Positions 25,174 through 35,584 are shown, numbered from the stretch's first letter. The stretch is DNA of 64,000 nucleotides from Candidatus Gastranaerophilales bacterium (GCA_028277625.1 JANQFW010000056.1:8536-72535); one strand, 5' to 3'. Notes: generated by a model not told the origin, from the sequence alone. Numbers and translations: made by a program.

Positions 25174-26415
25174 TTATTGGACCTCCTGTATTTGTTGGTA
25201 TACCTTTAATAATTTAGAATAGTGCATATCTGCCGTGTAAACTTGTTCTGCCTTATGCCGTGCTTTTTTTCCCATATCTATTGTCAATTGAGGGTCTTCA
25301 TATAGTTTTTTTATAGCTTCTGTCAGTTGATCTATATTGCCAGGCTCGCATATTATGCCGTTTTCATTGTGGTTTACAATCTCTGGAATACCACCTCTAT
25401 TACTTGCAATAACAGGTTTTCCAAGTGCAAAAGCTTCAATTAAGTTTCTTGGACAATTTTCGAACCAGTCACACGGCAATATTGATGCTATACAGTTAGA
25501 ATAATCATCTTCAAGGTCTTTTCCTGTCCTAAAACCAACAAATTCTACATTGTTTAAGTTTAAATCTTTAGCTAATTTTAATAATTGCTCTTGCTGAGAG
25601 CCTGTTCCGGCTACTCTTAATTTAACTTGTGGAAGTTTTGCCATTGCTTGCAATAAGAAGTGAACACCTTTTTCTTTTGTTAATCTGCCGGCAAAAAGAA
25701 AATAGCCTTTATTATCATAATTTGGCTCTTTTTTTAGGTAAGAATTACTCACAAAATTATTAATTACAGTAACTTTTTCTTTTGGTATGCCTGATTTAAT
25801 AACTAAGTCACTTAATGCTTTACTAGGGCATATATACATATCAGCCTTTGCATATAATTTATGAAATTTTCTTGTTGCAAAGTCTATTGTTCCTACCAAG
25901 CTTTTTGCCAGGCTATCATTGAAGCATTTATTAAGTGTACAATGAATAGGATTTTTACCCACACAAAGCTCTTCTGTGCAATATTCTTTGCCACCCAGCA
26001 TTAATTTGTCAGAAGGGCAAACCAAATCAGGCCCATGGACTGTGTAAGCCACAGGAATTTTTAAATCATAGCAGGCTTTTAATACTGATGGCGTAAGTAA
26101 ATAGATAACATTGTGGCAATGAACCACATTTGGTTTTATTTCTTTTAAATATTTTTTAAATTTATTTTCTGCTTCTTTATTATAGAAAAGTTTGTAGGCA
26201 TACTTAAGCAATTCTTTTTTTGATAGTTCAGGGTAATTTATAAATTCAGGAAAATATTTAGCGTATTCATAATCTTCTATAAAATAAGGTTTTTTGTTTG
26301 ATGCGAAAAAGTAAACCTCATGACCATCATCTTTTAATAAACCGGCTTCTTCCATCATTACAGGCTCTACTCCACTAAAACCGGTAAAAAAATTATTTAA
26401 CATTAATATTTTCAT
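25174..26415 (-). CDS. GT4-family glycosyltransferase
   Basis: ENCPRNLIEAFALGKPVIASNRGGIPEIVNHNENGIICEPG. It lies 2 nt from the preceding paralog. Confidence 0.8.
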   Translation of the reverse strand: MKILMLNNFFTGFSGVEPVMMEEAGLLKDDGHEVYFFASNKKPYFIEDYEYAKYFPEFINYPELSKKELLKYAYKLFYNKEAENKFKKYLKEIKPNVVHCHNVIYLLTPSVLKACYDLKIPVAYTVHGPDLVCPSDKLMLGGKEYCTEELCVGKNPIHCTLNKCFNDSLAKSLVGTIDFATRKFHKLYAKADMYICPSKALSDLVIKSGIPKEKVTVINNFVSNSYLKKEPNYDNKGYFLFAGRLTKEKGVHFLLQAMAKLPQVKLRVAGTGSQQEQLLKLAKDLNLNNVEFVGFRTGKDLEDDYSNCIASILPCDWFENCPRNLIEAFALGKPVIASNRGGIPEIVNHNENGIICEPGNIDQLTEAIKKLYEDPQLTIDMGKKARHKAEQVYTADMHYSKLLKVYQQIQEVQ

Positions 26416-26984
26416 GAAACATATCCCACTATTTTTAATTGCCTTTAACCAAACTTGTGCAACTTATATTTGTATCTTAATTTATATTAAATCACTCTAT
26501 TTAAAGTAAATAATATAAGACTAAAAAACAATACTTATTTTAGAAATAAAATGTTTAAACATATATAGTCTTTAATTGGTTTTCGGATAACCGTAAAAAA
26601 TAATATCACAAAATAAAAATAACTTTTAATTTCGAATAAAAATTAAGGTAACTTTTTGTTAATTTTCTTTTTCTCATCTCCTCTAATTAATGAATATAAA
26701 ACTAAAGTATGATATAATAATACAAAAGTTTAATAATTACTATACATTAATTGTATAAGCATTGCGCATTACCTTGTATTAAGACTGTATCTCAAATGTC
26801 AATTGATATTTATATCTTTTATGCTGTGTTTATGAAGGAGTTGTGTAAATTTTATTAACAAATGCCAAATTATTTTATAAGTTAAAAATTATTTTTAACT
26901 TATAATAATTTATGCTAATTTAAAATTGAGAATAGCTTGAGAATTAAATTAATTTAGGAAATACAATAAAATAAGGCAGAATTT

Positions 26985-28244
26985 ATGAAATCAATTACTT
27001 TTTTTGAGCAAACAAAGGAAATTGTTGGCGCTAATACTTTGTGCATTCGATTAGCTAATTATATAGCCGAAAATTTTGATGATACTAAAGTTTTTTATAT
27101 TGGCCACAAAGACTACGAAGCAAAGCATCTTATTAATATGGATAAGGTTAATTATATCAACTATGAGGTTGGTAAAAAGCTTTCCTTTGATGAAGACACT
27201 GTTTTGATTACATCTATATTAAACATATTTGACGTGAATATTGAGCTAGACTTGTCTAATAGAGTTAAATTGTTATTTTGGTCAATTTTTCCTCTAGACA
27301 TGGCTTATTTGTTCCCTTTTGCCCATAAATATGTTTACAAAGTATCTTCAGACCCTAAGAAAATATGTAAATTTTTAAAATTTGTTTATGGCTGCGATTA
27401 CACTAAAGTCCAAGAAGGCTATAAGTTCATGTATAATAATGGAGCTTTAGCATTTATGGATTCTCTAAATTTAGATTCATCAAATGACTGTATGGCTTTT
27501 AGTCCAACTGATAGGATTCATTATTTGCCTATACCTTTAACACCAAAGGAGCACAGTATTAATCCTAATTTAATAGAAGATGAAGTAATTAATTTAGGAT
27601 GGCTAGGGCGTTTAGTAGAGTTTAAAATTCATTCTCTTGCCGGGGTCATCAAAAATGCTACCTTATATGCGGATAACTATAATAAAAAAATTAAAATACA
27701 TATTATTGGATCAGGAAAAGATCAAAATTTACTCGATCAATGTATTATTTCTGATAACGTAGAATTAATCTTTTTGAATACCATATCAGGGGATAAACTT
27801 GATAGCTATATTTTAAACAATATAGACATTATGTTTGCGATGGGAACTTCTTGTATAGAAAGCTCTAAATTGCATATTCCTTCTATATTAATAGATGCAA
27901 GTTATAAAGAAATACCTTTAGATTACAAATTCAAGTGGATTTATGAAACTCATGACTATTGCTTGGGCGAAGACGTAGCAACAATGAAAACACAAAATCC
28001 GCATAGCTTTGAGGATATCATATCACATGTTTATGACACCCAGGAAGGTAAAAAAATAGTAGGTAATAAATGTTATGACTATTTCCAAAATAGCCACAGC
28101 ATTGATCTGATAGCTAAAATGTTATTTGATCTTGCACCTAAAAGCAATGTGTCTATTTCAGACTTAAGAAGTTTAAATCTTTATAAAGCTAAGTTCCAAC
28201 TTATTAAACAGTTTAAACGAAAAGTTTTAAAAATTAATAATTAA
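26985..28244 (+). CDS. hypothetical protein, possibly a glycosyltransferase-like fold
   Basis: ORF track. The LGWLGRLVEFKIHSL...IHIIGSG segment resembles the start of a GT-B C-terminal Rossmann half. The evidence is weak. Confidence 0.5.
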   Translation: MKSITFFEQTKEIVGANTLCIRLANYIAENFDDTKVFYIGHKDYEAKHLINMDKVNYINYEVGKKLSFDEDTVLITSILNIFDVNIELDLSNRVKLLFWSIFPLDMAYLFPFAHKYVYKVSSDPKKICKFLKFVYGCDYTKVQEGYKFMYNNGALAFMDSLNLDSSNDCMAFSPTDRIHYLPIPLTPKEHSINPNLIEDEVINLGWLGRLVEFKIHSLAGVIKNATLYADNYNKKIKIHIIGSGKDQNLLDQCIISDNVELIFLNTISGDKLDSYILNNIDIMFAMGTSCIESSKLHIPSILIDASYKEIPLDYKFKWIYETHDYCLGEDVATMKTQNPHSFEDIISHVYDTQEGKKIVGNKCYDYFQNSHSIDLIAKMLFDLAPKSNVSISDLRSLNLYKAKFQLIKQFKRKVLKINN

Positions 28245-28291
28245 AACAATACTAATTTTTAAAATAAACGATTAGTTTTAAAAGGAAGGAA

Positions 28292-28921
28292 ATGTTTATG
28301 ATGAGATGTGTATTAAGTCTTATATTATTTTTGTTCTTTATTCCCTTAGAGCCAGTTCAGGCTAGTGGTGTTTTTACGAGTGGAATAAATGGACACATTG
28401 AAAAATCTCCTATTAAACAAGTAAAAAATAAATATAGATTTTTTAAGCTGACAAAAAAAGCTGTAAGTATATACAAAACATACAATGACGTAGCTAATTT
28501 AACTTGGCTGGAGAATTTAGCAAAGTATAAAGTTTATTCTCTTGTTAATGTTGTTGAAAATACTAATTTTTATAAAGATAACTATAATAAAATAGTTGAA
28601 ACATACAAAAAAAATTCAATCTATAATGAGGTGCCACTAGATTATAAGTATAAGTGGATTTATGAAACTCAAGATTATTGCTTGTACGAAAATGTCTCAA
28701 GTATGCCGGTAAAAAAAATGCACAATGTTGATAAAGTAATAACTCAAGTATACAAGCAAGATGGTAGTAAGCTGGTATCGAACATAGGCAATATGGGTAA
28801 TAAGTTTTATGATTATTTTAAAAGAAATCACAGCTTTGATGTAATAACCCAAGTAAAAAGACAAACTATTTATAAACTAAAGTCCCAACTTATTAAGCAG
28901 TTTAAACGAAGAATTTTTTAG
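28292..28921 (+). CDS. chimeric, possibly degenerate ORF: a signal peptide like 28975's plus two segments of 26985..28244
   Basis: N-terminus MRCVLSLILFLFFIPLEPVQAS versus MKSLLSLILLLLISLAPVQAT. NLTWLENLAKYKVYSL..NYNK versus NLGWLGRLVEFKIHSL..NYNK. PLDYKYKWIYETQDYCL...FYDYFKRNHSFD...LKSQLIKQFKRR versus PLDYKFKWIYETHDYCL...CYDYFQNSHSID...AKFQLIKQFKRK. Confidence 0.45.
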   Translation: MFMMRCVLSLILFLFFIPLEPVQASGVFTSGINGHIEKSPIKQVKNKYRFFKLTKKAVSIYKTYNDVANLTWLENLAKYKVYSLVNVVENTNFYKDNYNKIVETYKKNSIYNEVPLDYKYKWIYETQDYCLYENVSSMPVKKMHNVDKVITQVYKQDGSKLVSNIGNMGNKFYDYFKRNHSFDVITQVKRQTIYKLKSQLIKQFKRRIF

Positions 28922-28974
28922 ATCACCCGTGAAAAAAATTATCAGTTTTAACGTTAAGGAAGGAAAATCTTATT

Positions 28975-30159
28975 ATGAAAAGTTTATTAAGTCTAATATT
29001 GTTACTTTTGATTTCTCTAGCTCCGGTTCAAGCGACTGAATTTCCTAATGGCAACGTCCCGGATGGACTTGGCATAAATATTCACATGGGCAACTTTACT
29101 ATTCAGGATATGAATCTGATTAATGAAACCGGTTTTGGTTTTATTAGGACAGATTTACTCTGGCACGAAGTAGAAAAAGAAAAAGGAGTCTACGACTTCA
29201 AACCTTTTGACCAATTAATTGCTGAGTTAAAGAAAAAAAATATGAGAGCATTGCTTATACTTGATTATGGAAATCCGCTATATAATTCTCATAATAGTAT
29301 TTTGACCCAAGAAAGCAAAATAGGGTTCATAAACTTTGTAAGGGAAGCTGTTACCAGATACAAAGATGACGATGTGATTTGGGAAATATGGAATGAGCCT
29401 GACTGTACTGGATTTTGGGATCCGCAGCCAAGCTATGCAAAATATATGGATTTGGTAAAAGGTGTTGTGCCTGCAATAAGAAGTATAGATCCAGATGCTA
29501 AAATAATTGCTCCTGCAAGCGGTGACCTTAATCCTCCCTTTGCTTTTTTAGAAGAATGTTTTAAAAGGGGATTATTAGATATCGTAGATGGGCTATCAGT
29601 TCATCCTTACAGAAAAGATTATCCTGAATCTGTCATTGCTGATTATAAGAGCTTAAGAGCACTTATAAAAACATATAACCCTGCAAAAGAGAACATGCCA
29701 ATAATTTCTAGTGAGTGGGGCTATTCTTCAGCCGGGGAGGGTATGAACGAAGAGGTTCAAGCAAAAGCATTATTAAGAATGTTTTTACTAAACTTATATG
29801 ATAATATTCCTATATCAATTTGGTATAACTGGAAAAATGACGGATATGTACCTTTTGCAAAAAATCATAATTGGGGAATTGTAAGCTATTTTAACAAAGA
29901 CCCTAAAGTTGCAAGAACAAAGCTCATGGAGATGATAGAATTATTAAGAGGCAAAAAATTTGTTAAACGATTAAATCATAGTGACCCTAACGTATACATA
30001 TTAAGATTTTCATCTAGTAGTAATAATGAACATGTTATGGTCGGCTGGGTAAAAACAGGTACTGCTTCTTTCAAACTATCAGACGGCAATACTTATCACG
30101 TAACAGACATGCCACAATTCTTGCAAACTGATGAAATTCTGGAACTAGACAATAATTAA
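28975..30159 (+). CDS. secreted clan GH-A (TIM-barrel) glycoside hydrolase, GH5/GH39-like
   Basis: Signal peptide ...APVQA|TEF. VIWEIWNEPD provides the NEP acid/base Glu and ISSEWGYSS provides a nucleophile Glu candidate. Confidence 0.7.
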   Translation: MKSLLSLILLLLISLAPVQATEFPNGNVPDGLGINIHMGNFTIQDMNLINETGFGFIRTDLLWHEVEKEKGVYDFKPFDQLIAELKKKNMRALLILDYGNPLYNSHNSILTQESKIGFINFVREAVTRYKDDDVIWEIWNEPDCTGFWDPQPSYAKYMDLVKGVVPAIRSIDPDAKIIAPASGDLNPPFAFLEECFKRGLLDIVDGLSVHPYRKDYPESVIADYKSLRALIKTYNPAKENMPIISSEWGYSSAGEGMNEEVQAKALLRMFLLNLYDNIPISIWYNWKNDGYVPFAKNHNWGIVSYFNKDPKVARTKLMEMIELLRGKKFVKRLNHSDPNVYILRFSSSSNNEHVMVGWVKTGTASFKLSDGNTYHVTDMPQFLQTDEILELDNN

Positions 30160-30188
30160 ATTTAGCAATATCTACTAGGAGGTGGAGT

Positions 30189-30743
30189 ATGACAAGATTT
30201 TATGAAGGAAAAAGAATAAACTTAAGAGAAGCAGAGGCTCGAGATGCAGAATTCACTTTAGAGTTAAGGCTGGCAAATCAAAGCTTAAATGAGTTTTTAA
30301 CTAAAATTGACAATGATATAGAAAAGCAAAGAAAATACATAGTAAACCATCAAAATAAAGGTGAAGACTGTTATTTTATCATAGAAAGTAAGAATGGTGA
30401 AAGATATGGTACTGCTCGAGTCTCTGATGTTACAGAAGAAACTTTTCTTCCAGGGAGCTGGGTTATAAAAAAAGGTGCACCTAGCTATGTAGCTTATGAA
30501 ACATACTTTGCAATTTTTGACTACTCCTTTATAGAACTAGATAAAACAAGCTGTGTGCTAGATGTTAAAAAAAGTAATATAGCTAATTTTAAACTGCATA
30601 CAAGAATGGGCGCAACTGTTAAAAGTGAAGATGATGAAAAAATCTACTTTGACTTCACAAGAGAAAAATACCTAAAAGCCAGAGAAAAATACGAAAGATT
30701 TACTATAGACCGCGATGATCAAATTAATCAACTGGTTAAATAA
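30189..30743 (+). CDS. GNAT-family N-acetyltransferase
   Basis: RINLREAEARDAEF.LELRL has a RimJ/L-like N-terminus. It is a close paralog of 32237..32788. Confidence 0.6.
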   Translation: MTRFYEGKRINLREAEARDAEFTLELRLANQSLNEFLTKIDNDIEKQRKYIVNHQNKGEDCYFIIESKNGERYGTARVSDVTEETFLPGSWVIKKGAPSYVAYETYFAIFDYSFIELDKTSCVLDVKKSNIANFKLHTRMGATVKSEDDEKIYFDFTREKYLKAREKYERFTIDRDDQINQLVK

Positions 30744-30755
30744 ATATTGATTATT

Positions 30756-30795
30756 AAATCAGGATTAAATTTAAAAATTTAATCCTGATTTTGAT
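30756..30795 (+). terminator. palindromic hairpin after the GNAT gene
   Basis: AAATCAGGATTAAATTT..AAATTTAATCCTGATTT is a perfect palindrome followed by TGATT. Confidence 0.5.
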
Positions 30796-30890
30796 TAAAA
30801 TATTTATTTTGTTTATTTGTAATATAATAAGCTAAATGGGACAAAAATTTAATGGAATTGGCTATATGTGTGTAAGGAATACAAAATAAA

Positions 30891-32153
30891 ATGAAACTTT
30901 TAAAAACAAGCTTTTTATCTGGCATTTCGACCTTAATAAAGATATTAAGCGGATTTATAGTAAACAAACTTGTGGCTGTATATATAGGCCCTTCCGGTTT
31001 AGCGATGATCGGACAATTTCAAAATTTAATACAAATAATTTTAACTTTTGCCAACGGAGCAATAGATAAAGGTGTAGTAAAATACATTGCAGAATATCAG
31101 GAACAGCCTGACCAAAGAAGAAAGGTTATATCTAATTCTTTTTTGATCAGTGTAGTGTGTGCTTTTGTGATGTCTGCTATTCTCTTTATTTTTAATAAAG
31201 AATTCTCTATTTATTTCTTAAAGGATATTCAGTATAGTAGCGTATTTGTAATATTTGCTTTTACAATAATATTATTTGCTTTAAATAGCCTGTTTTTAGC
31301 TATATTAAATGGTTATAAAGAAATAAAAAAGTTTATTATAGTAAATATAGTTTCCAGTATAGTAACGTTAATATTTGTTTCTTTACTGGTTGTATATTTA
31401 AAATTATACGGTGCGCTGTTGGCGCTGGCGACCTCGCAAGCTGTGGTATTCTTTTTTACTATATTTTTTGTAGTTAAATCCAGTTGGTTTGACATTAAAA
31501 ACTTTTTTGCTAAAGTTGATAAAGTTATTATGTTAAAATTGGGCAAATATTCATTAATGGCACTTACTACAGCACTAACAATACCACTTGCTCAAATAAT
31601 CGTAAGAGATTTTATCACTACGACTATTTCGGCAGATGCTGCCGGATTTTGGCAAGGTGTTTATAAAATATCAGATGTTTATTTGATGGTAATAACAACT
31701 TCTTTAAGTATTTATTACTTACCAAGGCTTTCTGAAATAAAAGATAACAACGAACTAAGAAAAGAAATTTTGCAAACATACAAAATAGTAATGCCGATTG
31801 TAACAGTTTTGGCTGTTGCTATATGGATATTTAAAGGCTTTATAATACAAGTTCTTTTTACTGAAGAATTTATGCCAATGAAAAGTCTTTTTATGTACCA
31901 GCTTATTGGTGATGTTTTTAAAGTTGGAGCCTGGCTACTGGCATTTATAATGGTTGCAAAAGCAATGACCCGTTATTATATAGCAATGGAAATTATTTTT
32001 AGTATTATTTATGTTATTTCTTCGATTGCGTTTATAAATAATTATGGGTTGATCGGCTCGACTATGTCATTTGCATTTACATATATGCTATCTTTCTTTG
32101 CTTTAATTTATATTTTTAGAAAAATTATATTGCTTCCTAAAAATACGGCTTAG
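30891..32153 (+). CDS. polysaccharide (O-antigen/ECA-type) flippase, WzxE-like
   Basis: The N-terminus KTSFLSGISTLIKILSGFIVNKLVAVYIGPSGLAMIGQFQN resembles WzxE. About 12 TM segments. Confidence 0.7.
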   Translation: MKLLKTSFLSGISTLIKILSGFIVNKLVAVYIGPSGLAMIGQFQNLIQIILTFANGAIDKGVVKYIAEYQEQPDQRRKVISNSFLISVVCAFVMSAILFIFNKEFSIYFLKDIQYSSVFVIFAFTIILFALNSLFLAILNGYKEIKKFIIVNIVSSIVTLIFVSLLVVYLKLYGALLALATSQAVVFFFTIFFVVKSSWFDIKNFFAKVDKVIMLKLGKYSLMALTTALTIPLAQIIVRDFITTTISADAAGFWQGVYKISDVYLMVITTSLSIYYLPRLSEIKDNNELRKEILQTYKIVMPIVTVLAVAIWIFKGFIIQVLFTEEFMPMKSLFMYQLIGDVFKVGAWLLAFIMVAKAMTRYYIAMEIIFSIIYVISSIAFINNYGLIGSTMSFAFTYMLSFFALIYIFRKIILLPKNTA

Positions 32154-32236
32154 CAACCTTCTGATTTATTAAGCAATAAAAATTTCTAAATTTATAAAGA
32201 AACAATCTACAATAGTAAAATCGCAGGAGTGTAAAT

Positions 32237-32788
32237 ATGTCAAGATTTTATGAGGGAAACAGAATAAACTTAAGAGAGGCAGAAGTCAGTGATGCGGAAC
32301 TTATTCTAGAGTTAAGACTTAATCAAGACTTAACCAGATTTTTAAATAAATTAGATAATGACTTGGCAAAGCAAAGAAAGTATATACTTGATCATCAAAA
32401 TAAAGGTGAGGATATTTATTTTATTGTTGAGGGTAAGGATAAAGAGCGGTATGGAACAGCTCGAATTCATGATGTCACAGAAGATAGTTTTAAGTGTGGC
32501 AGCTGGATACTAAAGCCTGGCATCCCAAGCTATGTAGCTTTAGAAAGTTATTTTACTTGCTTTGACTATGCATTTATTGAACTGAACAAAAGACACTGTA
32601 AGCTTGATGTTGTAAAAGGCAATCTTAGTGTTATTAATTTACATAAAAAAATGGGGGCTAAGTTAGTAAATGAAGATAATGAAATGCTTTACTTCTACTT
32701 TTCTCGAGATGTCTATCTTGATTCCAGAAAAAAATATCCTAAATATGCATTAAATAGGAACTCGCGAATAAAGCAAGTGCTTAAATAA
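32237..32788 (+). CDS. GNAT-family N-acetyltransferase (paralog of 30189..30743)
   Basis: MSRFYEGNRINLREAEVSDAE... aligns end to end with the other GNAT. Confidence 0.6.
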   Translation: MSRFYEGNRINLREAEVSDAELILELRLNQDLTRFLNKLDNDLAKQRKYILDHQNKGEDIYFIVEGKDKERYGTARIHDVTEDSFKCGSWILKPGIPSYVALESYFTCFDYAFIELNKRHCKLDVVKGNLSVINLHKKMGAKLVNEDNEMLYFYFSRDVYLDSRKKYPKYALNRNSRIKQVLK

Positions 32789-32824
32789 ACTTTAAAAGTA
32801 TTTTTAAGTTAGCATAAATTCTCT

Positions 32825-33454
32825 TTATAAATCTTTGTTTCCAGATTCTTCTGTCAATTCTTTAGTTACAACTTTGTCAAGAATGCCATACTCTTTTGCT
32901 TGGTTTGCGGTCATGAAAAAGTCTCTTTCTGTGTCTTCCTCAATTTTGCTTAGCTCTTGTCCAGTCATTTCGGCCATTATTTCGTTCATTTGTTTTTTTA
33001 TTCGCTCTATTTCATTAGCTTCGATCATTATGTCTGTAGCTTGGCCTCTTGCGCCGCCAGAAGGCTGGTGTATCATAATTCTTGCATTTGGTAGAGCCAT
33101 ACGCTTGCCCGGAGTGCCGGCTGCTAATAAAAATGCTCCCATACTACAAGCTTCACCAAGACAAATAGTATTAATATCGGCTCTAATATGTTTCATTGTG
33201 TCATATATTGCCATACCTGCAGTAATATAACCGCCGGGACTGTTAATATATAGCATTATATCTTTTTCAGGGTTTTCGGCATCTAGCAGCAGCAGTTGTG
33301 CAACTATAGAGTTGCCTACTTCATCATCAATAGGTGTGCCTAAAAATATAATACGTTCTCTTAAAAGCCTTGAAAGTATATCAAAGGATCTTTCACCCCT
33401 GCTAGATTGCTCTATTACTGTTGGGACATAACTTAAAATGGTATTGATATCCAT
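32825..33454 (-). CDS. clpP: ATP-dependent Clp protease proteolytic subunit
   Basis: [27 protein letters not shown]...INSPGG...[14 protein letters not shown]...IMIHQP matches ClpP over its full length. Confidence 0.92.
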   Translation of the reverse strand: MDINTILSYVPTVIEQSSRGERSFDILSRLLRERIIFLGTPIDDEVGNSIVAQLLLLDAENPEKDIMLYINSPGGYITAGMAIYDTMKHIRADINTICLGEACSMGAFLLAAGTPGKRMALPNARIMIHQPSGGARGQATDIMIEANEIERIKKQMNEIMAEMTGQELSKIEEDTERDFFMTANQAKEYGILDKVVTKELTEESGNKDL

Positions 33455-33906
33455 AATTTATAACCTCTCAAACGGAATACTTTATACTGCATATTGCTTC
33501 TTTATAGAGTACTATATTTATTATTATATTGCAAAATGTTAAGAAAATTAAATTTTTTTTATTTAATAATTTAAAATATTTTTGTGTTTGATTTCTTATT
33601 TGAAGGTATTGTGTATATTTAAATTAAGTATTATTAAGGTTTCGTTTGCATTATATTGACACTTGGTTAATATTATGAAATAATTTGAATATACAAATTG
33701 TATATTAATTAATATTTTAAAAAAACTTTTTTGTATTAAGTATAAAAATTTCTAGTAGTAGCACATTGAATTCTGTTATTGTAGATAAATTTGATAATTT
33801 TAGCAGAAGAAAATAGTATTATATTTAAAAATTGAGCTTTAATTAATTGATGATGCTCAATTAGTTAGCAATGCAGATATTTTAGTGGTATAAGTTTTTG
33901 AGGTGG

Positions 33907-34059
33907 CTTAGATCACGTCATTAAATTGGGGGGTGAGGTTTGAGCTGTTTGTTATAGTATTGGATTATCCCTAAACTCAATTATAGCAGCATAATAACTG
34001 TCGACCAAGTTGATAAATAAAAATTTAAATGGATCTAATAGTGTTAATAGGAGAAATAT
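33907..34059 (+). promoter_or_regulatory. conserved 5' leader of pilin-FReD operon 1
   Basis: About 153 nt immediately upstream of the ATG align by eye at high identity with 38972-39126. The segment ends in TAATAGTGTTAATAGGAGA.ATATATG. Confidence 0.6.
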
Positions 34060-35529
34060 ATGAGTGTAAATTTAAAATTTCTAAAATCTAAGCCGCGCTC
34101 CGGGTTTACATTAGCAGAAATGCTTACTACGTTAATTGTTATATCCATCATTGTAGCTGTTACAATGCCTGTTTTTACAATGAGAAAAAGTTCTGAAGCT
34201 AGAATTGATACTGAAGCTCAGGCATGTGTGGAGCAACACGGTGGTGACTCAACCAAGCCTGCTTGCGCAGGAGCTATTGATCGATGTAAAAGAAATGTAA
34301 TGAATACTTGCGGTACTTTAGATCGATATATAAATTATGACGATGGAACTGATGATAATGAATTATCTGCCTTAAAAATACTTAGAGATACTTGCGAAGA
34401 AGGTGGAAAAAATGCTTGTGATACTTTTCTTGAAAGATGTATAACGAATCCAAACCTTTGTGATTTACCTAAAGTTTCGGGAGCCTTAAGCCCTGAACAT
34501 GACATGGACTTGCAGTATTTTCTTAAGCAACCGGTTGAATCTTCAAACTTAGGAACAATCTATATATATGAGCAAGTGGATAATTATTATAGGCAGGGTG
34601 TTGAGCAGATTCAAGAAGCTGTAAGAAATAGTTGTATTAACGGCGGAGATGCCGGTTGTGCGCTACTAGTTAATTATTGCAAAGAAGAAAAAGAAGTGGA
34701 TGCATGCAAAGCTTTGATAGCAGGCTGTGATAATGAGCATAAAACTGCTTGCAGGCATGGTTATATTAACAATTTAAATAGATCTTGCCTTGAAATTAAA
34801 AATGCATTAAATACGGATGAGAGTAAACCTTATGGTTTAAGCTATGATGTAGAGGGTACTAATGCTAAGGCTTATTGCGATATGACAACTGATGGTGGTG
34901 GATGGACCTTGGTAATAAAGGCTCATGGCAGTTCGGATAATTTTGATTTTAACTCTCTGCTTTGGACAAGCGATGAGGTGCTAAATCCTGATGAACTTGA
35001 CTTAACTAGAACGAGTTACCCCGATGATGAGCATAAAAACCTTGCGTTTTCTTATGTTCCATTTGATCATATTAAGCTAGTGTTCTATTCGCTAACAAAG
35101 GATCCTAATGCAGAGTTTGTCAATTTAGATATAAGCGGAAATAATTTAAAAAGCTTATTTCAAGGTGGAAATATGAATACAACCGTGGGCGTAGACAAAT
35201 GGGCAAAGTTGGTGGTTTCTACCTCTGGAGGTTGGTCATTACAAAAAAATTGTCGCAGAGAAGGCTTAAATGCTATGGATGATATTGCAAAACATGCTCG
35301 TGTAAGAATTGGAATAATTGGAAATCAAGAAAGTGATTGCCATACTCCTGATAGTTATATAGGCCTGGGCGGTACTTATGACCATTGGAGTTACAATAAG
35401 CCGGTAAGCGTAGGTAATTATTGTGATAGAAGGTATTGGTGCTATTATCGCAAGGATGCAGATCAACCTATCAAGCAAGATGACATTGGAAAAAACAATG
35501 CAGCTTTTGCATTTTTGTACATTAAGTAA
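34060..35529 (+). CDS. prepilin-type N-terminus / Cys-paired helical stalk / fibrinogen-C-like domain protein (type A)
   Basis: KPRSG|FTLAEMLTTLIVISIIVAV (class III signal with Glu+5). Paired-Cys repeats. RSCLEIKN...AYCDMTTDGGGWTLVIKAHGSSDNF. The C-terminus is FAFLYIK. Confidence 0.85.
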   Translation: MSVNLKFLKSKPRSGFTLAEMLTTLIVISIIVAVTMPVFTMRKSSEARIDTEAQACVEQHGGDSTKPACAGAIDRCKRNVMNTCGTLDRYINYDDGTDDNELSALKILRDTCEEGGKNACDTFLERCITNPNLCDLPKVSGALSPEHDMDLQYFLKQPVESSNLGTIYIYEQVDNYYRQGVEQIQEAVRNSCINGGDAGCALLVNYCKEEKEVDACKALIAGCDNEHKTACRHGYINNLNRSCLEIKNALNTDESKPYGLSYDVEGTNAKAYCDMTTDGGGWTLVIKAHGSSDNFDFNSLLWTSDEVLNPDELDLTRTSYPDDEHKNLAFSYVPFDHIKLVFYSLTKDPNAEFVNLDISGNNLKSLFQGGNMNTTVGVDKWAKLVVSTSGGWSLQKNCRREGLNAMDDIAKHARVRIGIIGNQESDCHTPDSYIGLGGTYDHWSYNKPVSVGNYCDRRYWCYYRKDADQPIKQDDIGKNNAAFAFLYIK

Positions 35530-35584
35530 GAGAAATCTGGAATTAAATTGATGGGCAGTATTATAATAATAAGGATAAAATAAA

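Noticed and set aside
30779-30967. A 62-aa minus-strand ORF overlapping the flippase start
   Set aside because: It overlaps the GNAT terminator palindrome and the 5' end of wzx. It has no SD and is highly hydrophobic and AT-biased, as expected for a shadow frame.
33907-34059. An attempt to fold the conserved pilin-FReD leader into a defined riboswitch-like structure
   Set aside because: By hand I found only 4-6-bp pairings common to both copies, for example GTTT(T/G)AG with CTAAA(A/C) and GCT(G/A) with (C/T)AGC. That is not enough to claim a fold. I keep only the conservation observation.
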